Below, in pieces: positions 1 to 7,516 of a stretch of 64,000 nt of DNA. Numbering within the stretch: position 1 is the first letter of the stretch; every line of letters starts with the position of its first letter. The notes below the pieces were generated by a model. It had not been told where the DNA came from, did not search any database, and saw only the letters and a program-made list of their open reading frames with translations. The stretch covers positions 32,001 through 96,000 of the IMG/VR virus record IMGVR_UViG_3300040796_000034. One strand, 5' to 3'. The DNA comes from a virus. The position numbers were made by a program, and so were the translations under genes.

Positions 1-1296
1 CTTACTTTGATTTTCTAATTCTTTAAGGACTTTACTTATTTCATCTGTAGGAATTGTAGGGTTCTTTTCTGTAGGAGGTAAGCCTAGTAAATCTCTTATT
101 TTACTTTGGATAACCGGGTCATTCGGGTCAAAAATTTGCATACTAATAGCAGTATAGATATTTTGTAGTAAAACCATTTCTGAATTAGGTTCGCTTGCAT
201 AATCTAAATGAAACTTTCCGTAATTTTCTTTTTGACCGTAGTTTAAAATAATGAGAGGTTTACAAATTTTTTCAATAAACTCTTCTTGTATTTGTTTTAC
301 TACAGAGTGTACAGTTGAATCTAGTATATGATGATGTCTCTGAGATAACCCGGCCATCCCGAATGAACCAGAACCCTCTTCAAAGACCAAGGAAGGCACG
401 CCAAAGGCTCTTGTTATGTATTTATCTAAAAGAGGTAGAACACTTTGCCAAAAGCTATTTCCGTCAGGGATTTTAAGACCTTCGATACGAACACCGTTAT
501 CGACTACTAGAACCGAATTATTTTCGATATTCTGAAGTTGACGAAACACTCGTTCATCTTTACTCATTCTAAGAGGTTGACCATCTGAACCTGTAATAGT
601 ATTACCAAAAGAATCTTTTACTTCACTGTATGATGAAGATACACTAGGGTCAACGTAAGCTACTGTAATACCTGTTGCTAGATTTTTTCCAGCAACTACC
701 ATATCTCCAATAATTGCTTTTTTAGCTTGGTAATATGGGTAAGCCCTTTTACATTCAGGACTACCGTAAGGGTTGTTGAAGTTAGCGGTATATCCATTCA
801 CAATATGAATACATTTTCTGTAAGGTATATTCACCGTGCTTTTGTTTAAAGTTTTATAAAGAATCCATTGAAGATACCCTTTACGACCTTTAAACGAAAC
901 TTTACAAGGGTCTAATATATTTACTCGTTCAAGAACCCATTTACGATTAAAAGGTTTAAGACTTACTTCTGCAACAGAAAATCCAAGAGCCATCGCTGAA
1001 GCTAATTGACCAATAATACTACTCATACTTTCATTCATGTTTTCAAAATTACTTTGAATAAATTTCTGTATGATAGGGTCATCGTTTTGATAAGAACCAA
1101 ATACAATAGTAGCTCTTAGTGCTTTCAGTTCGCTACAAGACTTTGCAATAGGGTCTTTATTTAAAAATTGAATATATTCTGATAAAAGATTTTCATCATT
1201 GACTCTGTGTATCTCAGTTAACGTATCAGAAGATACTTGATTAATCTTAGGGGAGAACTGTGTTTGATAGTTTAATTGATTTAAGGTATAATCCAT
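1..1296 (-). CDS. Portal protein, DUF935/Mu gp29-like (runs off window start; absent from ORF track)
   Basis: Manual translation from ATG 1296: MDYTLNQLNYQ...DPIAKSCSELK...SAMALGFSVAEV...NPYGSPECKRAYPYY...ICKPLIILNYG...IRDLLGLP. The frame is open to base 1 and the motifs resemble DUF935 portals. Confidence 0.75.
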   Translation of the reverse strand, partial: MDYTLNQLNYQTQFSPKINQVSSDTLTEIHRVNDENLLSEYIQFLNKDPIAKSCSELKALRATIVFGSYQNDDPIIQKFIQSNFENMNESMSSIIGQLASAMALGFSVAEVSLKPFNRKWVLERVNILDPCKVSFKGRKGYLQWILYKTLNKSTVNIPYRKCIHIVNGYTANFNNPYGSPECKRAYPYYQAKKAIIGDMVVAGKNLATGITVAYVDPSVSSSYSEVKDSFGNTITGSDGQPLRMSKDERVFRQLQNIENNSVLVVDNGVRIEGLKIPDGNSFWQSVLPLLDKYITRAFGVPSLVFEEGSGSFGMAGLSQRHHHILDSTVHSVVKQIQEEFIEKICKPLIILNYGQKENYGKFHLDYASEPNSEMVLLQNIYTAISMQIFDPNDPVIQSKIRDLLGLPPTEKNPTIPTDEISKVLKELENQSK

Positions 1297-1330
1297 ATAT
1301 GATTAACATCGTTTATTACATAATAGCATT

Positions 1331-1636
1331 ATGACAAAAGAACAAATTCAGTTTTATTTAGTACAAATAAATAAGAAACAAATACCTGTAGAAGGTTTTA
1401 GAGATACAAAAGAATATAAAATACTGTACAACCAAGGTCTTGACATAGTTTTAGTTTTACAAGATTATCTATCTGTCAAAGACTTTTTACCAAAACAGTA
1501 TATTCTAATCCTTTTAGAAGACATCTTACAAGAAAAACCAGAGATACAAGAAAATTCTAATTTAGATAGTCAAGTAAACTCTTGGATAAAGTTTTTACAG
1601 CAAGCAAATACACAACAAAATAATGAAGAGGAGTGA
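1331..1636 (+). CDS. Hypothetical protein
   Basis: 101-aa ORF, first gene of a tightly packed plus-strand run. Confidence 0.6.
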   Translation: MTKEQIQFYLVQINKKQIPVEGFRDTKEYKILYNQGLDIVLVLQDYLSVKDFLPKQYILILLEDILQEKPEIQENSNLDSQVNSWIKFLQQANTQQNNEEE

Positions 1637-1637
1637 C

Positions 1638-1781
1638 ATGAAAAAATCTACAATAACTTACACACTTTTGTTTCTACTGTTCTTTACACTGACATTAATT
1701 AAACCCGCTCTAAATGAAGAGATGCCTCCCACCCCTGGAGATGGCAGACAGGATAGTAAAAACGAATATGCAGTTAACTAA
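1638..1781 (+). CDS. 47-aa signal-peptide-bearing peptide with PatX-like layout
   Basis: MKKSTITYTLLFLLFFTLTLIKPALNEEMPPTPGDGRQDSKNEYAVN*. GAGGAG lies just upstream and the ORF fills the gap between its neighbours exactly. Confidence 0.6.
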   Translation: MKKSTITYTLLFLLFFTLTLIKPALNEEMPPTPGDGRQDSKNEYAVN

Positions 1782-1787
1782 AAAACT

Positions 1788-2279
1788 ATGATTCTCCCAG
1801 GTTTAGACGGAATTAATCATATCAATATTTACTCTAAGGGTCAGACAGAGTTAGGTAGATGGTTATCTAATTTTACTTTTCATCCTATCAAAATAGATGA
1901 CATTGTTTTTAAAAGTATTGAAACATACTGGTACTATCTTTTAACTAATGATAGTAAAATATTAAATACTTTTGGTTATAAATCAAAAGAGTTAGGTAAA
2001 CAAATTATGAAAGATAAAAATTTACCTAGCTATTTTGATTTTAATTCAGTGAAAAAAGAAGAGTTTGAGCTAAAGATTAAAAATGCTTTAGATACTAAGC
2101 TTAAGTCAAATAAAGATCGCTTGATAAGTTTTGGTAGAGAAACTTTACCTTTTGCTCACTACTATGTCTATGGAGGTAGAAAATTTAATGCTGGACATGA
2201 TTGGATAATTCAACATTTAGAGAAAAGACGACAATTTTTAAGAGAAACAAACTATGCTAGATGTACAGAGTTACCTTAG
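1788..2279 (+). CDS. NADAR/YbiA-like phage protein
   Basis: HINIYSKGQTELGRWLSNF...FKSIETYWYYL resembles the LSNF / F.SVEHYYQ core of NADAR proteins. Confidence 0.5.
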   Translation: MILPGLDGINHINIYSKGQTELGRWLSNFTFHPIKIDDIVFKSIETYWYYLLTNDSKILNTFGYKSKELGKQIMKDKNLPSYFDFNSVKKEEFELKIKNALDTKLKSNKDRLISFGRETLPFAHYYVYGGRKFNAGHDWIIQHLEKRRQFLRETNYARCTELP

Positions 2280-3474
2280 AGACCTTTCCTGTGTCTTTCC
2301 GTTAGAGACTGTTTTAGAAGACTTAAAAAATAACTACGGTATATCTTCAAAACAATCCAAGATATATCCAGAACTTTATCTATTCAAATACAGTCAAACA
2401 CAAAGTCCTTTTAGAGAAAAAATTGTTAGAGAGTGTCGCGGTCTAATTCTTAATAGTCAAGATAATTGGAGTATTGTCTGTTACCCTTTTGACAAATTTT
2501 TTAATTTAGGTGAACAGCCGCAACTTCAGAAAGACTTTAACTGGAATAACTATCGTGTGTACAATAAACTCGATGGTAGTTTAGTTTGTTTTTGGTACTA
2601 CAAAAATAAGTGGAACATAAGTACAAGTGGAGACCCTGACTCTTTAGGTGAAATAAACAATAGTGGACGTAGTTTTAAAGATGCTGTAGAACCACATCTT
2701 AACTACAAATTGTGGATAGATAATTACGTTAGTCGAGTTTTACCAGAGTTTTCTTTATCTCATCTTTTTTTAAATACTAAAAATACTTATATGTATGAGT
2801 TTATTAGTGTTGACAATAAAAATGTAGTTGATTATTACAGATATAACCATGATTATGTAGGAATTAACTTAATAGGTATTCGTGACAACAACACTCTATT
2901 AGAAGAAAATCTTGCGAATAGTGTCTCTGTATTTCCTAGTCGAAGATATATGGATTTAGCAAAACGAGACCGAGATACGATGTTTTATTGGCAAGTAGTT
3001 GATAGCTCTAACAATGATGTATGGAAACAAGTTGATGAATTAAACCCTATTTATGGAGGTGAAGGTTATGTATTAGTAGATGACTCGTTTAACAGAATAA
3101 AAGTTAAGTCTAAGAGTTATGTTGCTTTACATCACCTAAAACATAGCTGGTCCTTACCTAGTGCAATTCAAGTAGTTTTAAATGGTGAAGTTGACGAAGT
3201 AGCTAATTATTTTCCTGAATATCGAGAGCAACTTTATCAGATAGAGTCCTGGCTTAGAACTTCTATTGACAGGATTGAAAAAATTGATATAGAGCTAGCT
3301 AATTTAAGCCGTAAAGAGCTTGCATTGAAGATTGACGAACTAAGAGATGTAATTCCTTTTACAAGCGCCTTATTTGCTAAAAGAGATGGCGTTGTAATTA
3401 AGGATTATATCTATTCACTTTCTACTAAAAAGATTAAAGAATTTTACGAAAATACTAATGACTTTAGTTTATAA
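2254..3474 (+). CDS. RNA ligase, T4 Rnl1-like
   Basis: RECRGLI, PFDKFFNLGE, motif I KLDGSL, YEFIS, motif IV EGYVL, motif V KVKS. Confidence 0.85.
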   Translation: MLDVQSYLRDLSCVFPLETVLEDLKNNYGISSKQSKIYPELYLFKYSQTQSPFREKIVRECRGLILNSQDNWSIVCYPFDKFFNLGEQPQLQKDFNWNNYRVYNKLDGSLVCFWYYKNKWNISTSGDPDSLGEINNSGRSFKDAVEPHLNYKLWIDNYVSRVLPEFSLSHLFLNTKNTYMYEFISVDNKNVVDYYRYNHDYVGINLIGIRDNNTLLEENLANSVSVFPSRRYMDLAKRDRDTMFYWQVVDSSNNDVWKQVDELNPIYGGEGYVLVDDSFNRIKVKSKSYVALHHLKHSWSLPSAIQVVLNGEVDEVANYFPEYREQLYQIESWLRTSIDRIEKIDIELANLSRKELALKIDELRDVIPFTSALFAKRDGVVIKDYIYSLSTKKIKEFYENTNDFSL

Positions 3475-3493
3475 TGCTGTATTGTAAAAAAGT

Positions 3494-3727
3494 ATGAAAA
3501 AACTAACAATTATAATAGATGATGAAAGTTCAGAAGAAATAGTTGAATTGGGTACAGATGTAGATAGCGAGTGTACAGAAGATAGTAAAATAGAAAGAGA
3601 GAGTTCTATAAAAATATTTATTGTCTCTATTTTAATATTTTCCCTAATATTTAGTTTTGCCGCAGCTATGTCAAGTAGTTTTATACAACCAACTTTTGTA
3701 CAACATGAAGATTTGCCAGAAATGTAA
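3494..3727 (+). CDS. Small membrane protein
   Basis: Acidic N-terminus followed by hydrophobic IFIVSILIFSLIFSFAAAM. Confidence 0.6.
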   Translation: MKKLTIIIDDESSEEIVELGTDVDSECTEDSKIERESSIKIFIVSILIFSLIFSFAAAMSSSFIQPTFVQHEDLPEM

Positions 3728-4115
3728 TTACCTTAACGTAGAATACTGTACAACAAACGACTTACCTGTACAAATGTGTATGTATCATCAATGTAACGGG
3801 TATGATAAAGACATCTATTTTTATTTCACTTTCACTAAACAAAATCACTGTAAAGGGTTTACTAACATGACTGACAATAAAAATACTACAGAGTTAATGA
3901 TACAAGAGCTTTCCGATGTAGCTAGTCAAATTAAAATGCAAGAAAATATTATGTCTTCAGAATCTTTTGACTCAGAAGCACTTTACATAGACAACATCAA
4001 CTTACATAACGAGGTCATGTCTTTACGAGAAGAGATGGCTGATATGGATTGGTATGTTAATATATTAGAAAACAAGATTAAGAGACACGAGTTCATGTAT
4101 TCAAATATTCAATAA
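3705..4115 (+). CDS. Hypothetical protein (Cys-rich N-terminus, coiled-coil C-terminus)
   Basis: ORF track gives 3657..4115; ATG 3705 (MKICQKC) is the more plausible start, with another internal ATG at 3867. Confidence 0.5.
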   Translation: MKICQKCNYLNVEYCTTNDLPVQMCMYHQCNGYDKDIYFYFTFTKQNHCKGFTNMTDNKNTTELMIQELSDVASQIKMQENIMSSESFDSEALYIDNINLHNEVMSLREEMADMDWYVNILENKIKRHEFMYSNIQ

Positions 4116-4157
4116 TAAGGAATAACTAACCCAGTGCCTATAAACACTGGGTTATCT

Positions 4158-4230
4158 CGGGATATAGCTCAGTTGGTAGAGCGCCACTTTTGGGAAGTAG
4201 ATGTCGGAGGTTCAAATCCTTCTGTCCCGA
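4158..4230 (+). tRNA. trnP: tRNA-Pro(UGG)
   Basis: CGGGATA/TGTCCCG acceptor stem, GCTC/GAGC D-arm, anticodon loop TTTGGGA, T-loop TTCAAAT; CCA not encoded. Confidence 0.9.
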
Positions 4231-4233
4231 TAA

Positions 4234-4305
4234 AGCGGGGGAGTGAAATGGTGTCACACGAGTCTCATAAGCTCGTAATAGCAGGTTCGATTCCTGTTCC
4301 CGCTA
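4234..4305 (+). tRNA. trnM: tRNA with CAU anticodon (Met; initiator vs elongator unresolved)
   Basis: AGCGGGG/TCCCGCT acceptor, CGAGT-CTCATAA-GCTCG anticodon arm, GCAGG-TTCGATT-CCTGT T-arm. Confidence 0.85.
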
Positions 4306-4309
4306 TTAA

Positions 4310-4382
4310 GCTCTTTTGGCCGATTAGGGAGGCAGCGAACTCATAATTCGCCTTAAGGCTGGTTCGATTCCAGCAGAGAGCA
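4310..4382 (+). tRNA. tRNA with CAU anticodon (Ile2 or elongator Met)
   Basis: GCTCTTT/AGAGAGC acceptor, GCGAA-CTCATAA-TTCGC anticodon arm, GCTGG-TTCGATT-CCAGC T-arm. Confidence 0.85.
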
Positions 4383-4490
4383 TCTTTAGTTAACATCGTA
4401 GTATGAAATTTGTAATTTTTCTGCTAATCTAATAAAAGAAAATATAGACACTATTATCGTGAATAGTTTAGTAATTTAAAAATAATTAAT

Positions 4491-4742
4491 ATGTCATATC
4501 CTACAGACAAAGAGTACGTTATTGTTGAAAGTTTTATTCTTCTAGCTCGTAAAAAATATGGAGAGAGTGCTTTAACGGTTTTAGTTAAAACAGTAGAGTG
4601 GTTACAAGAACTTGAATGGACAGAAAAAGAAATAAGTTACTGGATTAGTAAATTTGATGAGTTTGAAGTAGCTAAGAAATTTTTACAAGATGCAATGAAT
4701 ACGAGTGAGGAAACACAAAATCAATTAGAAGATAAAATGTAA
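4491..4742 (+). CDS. Hypothetical protein
   Basis: 83-aa ORF between tRNAs. Confidence 0.6.
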   Translation: MSYPTDKEYVIVESFILLARKKYGESALTVLVKTVEWLQELEWTEKEISYWISKFDEFEVAKKFLQDAMNTSEETQNQLEDKM

Positions 4743-4755
4743 AAATAAGATATTC

Positions 4756-4842
4756 GGGTAGGTATCCAAATTGGTGAAGGAGTTTGACTGTAAATCAAAT
4801 GCTCGTGTGCTGAACATGGGGGTTCGAGTCCCTCCCTGCCCA
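4756..4842 (+). tRNA. trnY: tRNA-Tyr(GUA)
   Basis: GGGTAGG/CCTGCCC acceptor, TTTGA-CTGTAAA-TCAAA anticodon arm, long variable arm, TTCGAGT T-loop. Confidence 0.9.
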
Positions 4843-4865
4843 TCAAAAATCTATAGAAAACGAAA

Positions 4866-5654
4866 ATGAATAAAATTAGATTAATCAATGGTGACTGTCT
4901 TATTGGATTAGATAAGTTATTTAGTGAAAAGATTAAAGTAGATGCTGTTATAGCAGATATTCCTTATGGAGTTACCGCTGCTAAGTGGGATTCTGTCATA
5001 CCTTTTGACCTTATGTGGAATTTTATAGACAAGGTTAGTAAAGAAAATGCTGCAACAGTTTTATTCGGAGTAGAACCTTTTAGTAGTAAGCTTAGGTTAA
5101 GTAATTTACAAAATTTTAAATACGACTGGATTTGGCACAAAAATACTACAAGTGGTTTTGCTTTAGCTAAGAAACAACCTTTGAGAAACCATGAAATCAT
5201 ATCTGTTTTCTATGAGAAACAGTGTACATACAACTATATTAAAGAACCTAGAGATTTATCAGAGTCTTCTCAAAAAAGATTTCAATATGCTTTTAATACT
5301 GAGAAAGGGTTAAACGTTTTACAAAAAGGTTTAAAAAAAATTAAATATATACCAGAAGATAAAAATCTTTCTTATCCTAAGACTGTTAAATATTTCAAAA
5401 CATTAGGTAACAACTCTAAAGATAAAATACACCCTACTCAAAAACCGTTAGATTTAATAGAATACTTAGTAAAGACATATACAGACAAAGACCAAACTGT
5501 ACTAGATTTCACAGCAGGGTCTTTTACGACGGCAATTGCTTGTATTAACACTCAAAGGTCTTTTATAGGTATTGAGTTAGATAAAACTTATTTCGATAAA
5601 GGTCTTTCTCGTGTACAGAATAGTCTTTTAGATAGTTTTGTGTTAGAGTATTAG
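4866..5654 (+). CDS. N6-adenine/N4-cytosine DNA methyltransferase (beta class)
   Basis: Motif IV variant DIPY near the N-terminus, HPTQKP, VLDFTAGS.TT, FIGIELD. Confidence 0.9.
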   Translation: MNKIRLINGDCLIGLDKLFSEKIKVDAVIADIPYGVTAAKWDSVIPFDLMWNFIDKVSKENAATVLFGVEPFSSKLRLSNLQNFKYDWIWHKNTTSGFALAKKQPLRNHEIISVFYEKQCTYNYIKEPRDLSESSQKRFQYAFNTEKGLNVLQKGLKKIKYIPEDKNLSYPKTVKYFKTLGNNSKDKIHPTQKPLDLIEYLVKTYTDKDQTVLDFTAGSFTTAIACINTQRSFIGIELDKTYFDKGLSRVQNSLLDSFVLEY

Positions 5655-5662
5655 AAAAAATG

Positions 5663-5734
5663 GCGGGTGTCGTCTAATGGTTAAGATTGTAGGCTTCCAC
5701 CCTATCGATAAGAGTTCGAGTCTCTTCACCCGCT
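5663..5734 (+). tRNA. trnG: tRNA-Gly(UCC)
   Basis: GCGGGTG/CACCCGC acceptor, anticodon loop CTTCCAC, AAGAG-TTCGAGT-CTCTT T-arm. Confidence 0.9.
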
Positions 5735-5745
5735 TTTCTCAGTAT

Positions 5746-5819
5746 GCAAAAGTAACTCAGATGGATAGAGTAGCGACCTTCTAAGTCGTTTGTCGTAGGT
5801 TCGAGTCCTACCTTTTGCG
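5746..5819 (+). tRNA. trnR: tRNA-Arg(UCU)
   Basis: GCAAAAG/CTTTTGC acceptor, GCGAC-CTTCTAA-GTCGT anticodon arm, GTAGG-TTCGAGT-CCTAC T-arm. Confidence 0.9.
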
Positions 5820-5822
5820 TAT

Positions 5823-5894
5823 GCTGATGTAGCTCAACGGTAGAGCGGTTCACTTGTAATGAACGGGTTAAGAGTTCAAATCTCTTCTTCAGCT
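5823..5894 (+). tRNA. trnT: tRNA-Thr(UGU)
   Basis: GCTGATG/CTTCAGC acceptor (one T:T mismatch), GTTCA-CTTGTAA-TGAAC anticodon arm; 3' end overlaps the stop of the convergent methyltransferase. Confidence 0.88.
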
Positions 5895-6671
5895 TATCTC
5901 TAGTTTATATTTTTCACTACAAATTTTTTCAGTAAGCCTCTCTACGGCTGTATTAAAATAAAATTTATCTAATTCGATACCAATAAACTGTCTATCAGTA
6001 TTCATACAAGCTAACCCTGTATTACCACAACCCATCGTAAAATCTAATACAACATCGTTTTCATTGGAATAAGTCTTTACAAGGTATTCCATAAGGTCTA
6101 AGGGTTTTTCTGTAGGATGCATAAACGTCTTTTTAGTAACTTGATTACCTCGTTTACAATTATCGAATTTTTGAACAGACCTTGGATATCGTTTACCTGA
6201 TGTATTTTCAGTAGAATAAGACGCTTTAAACTTTGCAAAGTTTGTACTAGGTCTTTCACCTGAACGTTGCTTGTAAGGCTTTCCTTGAGTAAACTGAGGG
6301 TTATATTTAGGTTTCCTTATCTTACTGAATACCATAATACATTCATGTACTTTAAAAGGTCTATACTTAACTTGTAGAAAATTAGCTCCATTAGGTTTCT
6401 CCCATATCCAGTCATAAAGAAAGTCTTTTCTATTACTTAAACGTACTGTACTTGCAAAAGGTTCTGTTCCAAACAAGACTATATTAGTGTCTTTTTTAAT
6501 AACCTTGTATAAGCTTTTCCACATATTGTCTAAAGGAATTGGAGTATCCCATTTGTTAGCTGTAATCCCATAAGGGATATCTGTTATAACAGCATCTACT
6601 TTAACACCTTCTTCAGTTAGAGTATCTAGTATTTTAAAACAGTCACCTTCGACTAATCTTATTTTGTTCAT
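5889..6671 (-). CDS. N6-adenine/N4-cytosine DNA methyltransferase, paralogue of 4866..5654
   Basis: DIPYG, HPTEKP, VLDFTMGCG, FIGIELD; same MNKIRL start as 4866..5654. Confidence 0.9.
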   Translation of the reverse strand: MNKIRLVEGDCFKILDTLTEEGVKVDAVITDIPYGITANKWDTPIPLDNMWKSLYKVIKKDTNIVLFGTEPFASTVRLSNRKDFLYDWIWEKPNGANFLQVKYRPFKVHECIMVFSKIRKPKYNPQFTQGKPYKQRSGERPSTNFAKFKASYSTENTSGKRYPRSVQKFDNCKRGNQVTKKTFMHPTEKPLDLMEYLVKTYSNENDVVLDFTMGCGNTGLACMNTDRQFIGIELDKFYFNTAVERLTEKICSEKYKLEIS

Positions 6672-6672
6672 T

Positions 6673-7512
6673 TTATTTTATGTTCTTTAACAAATGTTTA
6701 ATAACATCTACAGTCCAAGCATTTCCAATCATTTTATACCTTTGAGTCTTTGATGTGTTTACTACGTTTGTGTAGTTATCAGGTAAGGTTTGTAGTCTTT
6801 CACATTCTAAAGGAGTGAAATACCTAAGCCAGTCTTCATACTCTAAATACCCTACACCATCCCTACTACAGTAATGAGTAGTAACTGTATTACTTTTAAG
6901 TCTATTTGTACAATTAAGATATTGTTTCTTAGGGTCATTAAAAAGTTTACATAAGAATGGAAGTTTATTAGCTTTATATTGCCCTAAAACGTTATTATCT
7001 GTTTCTAAGATATCCTGAAGTAAAATACCTTTATCTTTAGGTTGTCTTACGTTCGGTATATTTGTCCAATAATATCTTTTACGGTTCTGTGCCGATACAA
7101 GATTACTATTTATTTCAATTGGTTGTACTTCTAAAAACTTTGATATGATGTCTTTTACAGTGTTTTTAACTTTCACATTTTCATATAAAAAGTATTTAGG
7201 TTTACTCTCTTTTAAAGCTCGTACATATTCAAAAAACAGTTTACTACGAGGGTCTTCAAAGTTGTAACATTTTCCTGAGTTAGAAAACCCTTGACAAGGC
7301 GAACCACCTAATAACAAATCTATCTTAGGTAGAGATGTGAAAGTAATATCTAATACATTCCCTAGCTGTATTGTATTCGGATAATAATGTTGAGTAACTT
7401 TTATAGCAAACTTATCAATCTCAGATGCAAAGTAATTATCATAAGATATGTTGGCGCGATTTAAAGCTATTTGAGCGGCGCTAAGACCGTCGAAAAGGCT
7501 TAGTATGTTCAT
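6673..7512 (-). CDS. C5-cytosine DNA methyltransferase
   Basis: MNILSLFDG (start 7512), GGSPCQGFS catalytic motif, ENV, QNRKR, ECERLQT, GNAW. Confidence 0.92.
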   Translation of the reverse strand: MNILSLFDGLSAAQIALNRANISYDNYFASEIDKFAIKVTQHYYPNTIQLGNVLDITFTSLPKIDLLLGGSPCQGFSNSGKCYNFEDPRSKLFFEYVRALKESKPKYFLYENVKVKNTVKDIISKFLEVQPIEINSNLVSAQNRKRYYWTNIPNVRQPKDKGILLQDILETDNNVLGQYKANKLPFLCKLFNDPKKQYLNCTNRLKSNTVTTHYCSRDGVGYLEYEDWLRYFTPLECERLQTLPDNYTNVVNTSKTQRYKMIGNAWTVDVIKHLLKNIK

Positions 7513-7516
7513 TTGT

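Noticed and set aside
4134-4346. 70-aa plus-strand ORF in the ORF track
   Set aside because: It runs across three tRNA genes and is a chance open frame.
5823-5894. tRNA-Thr 3' end as an integration (att) site for the methyltransferase block
   Set aside because: I saw no duplicated tRNA 3' fragment and no integrase in the window.
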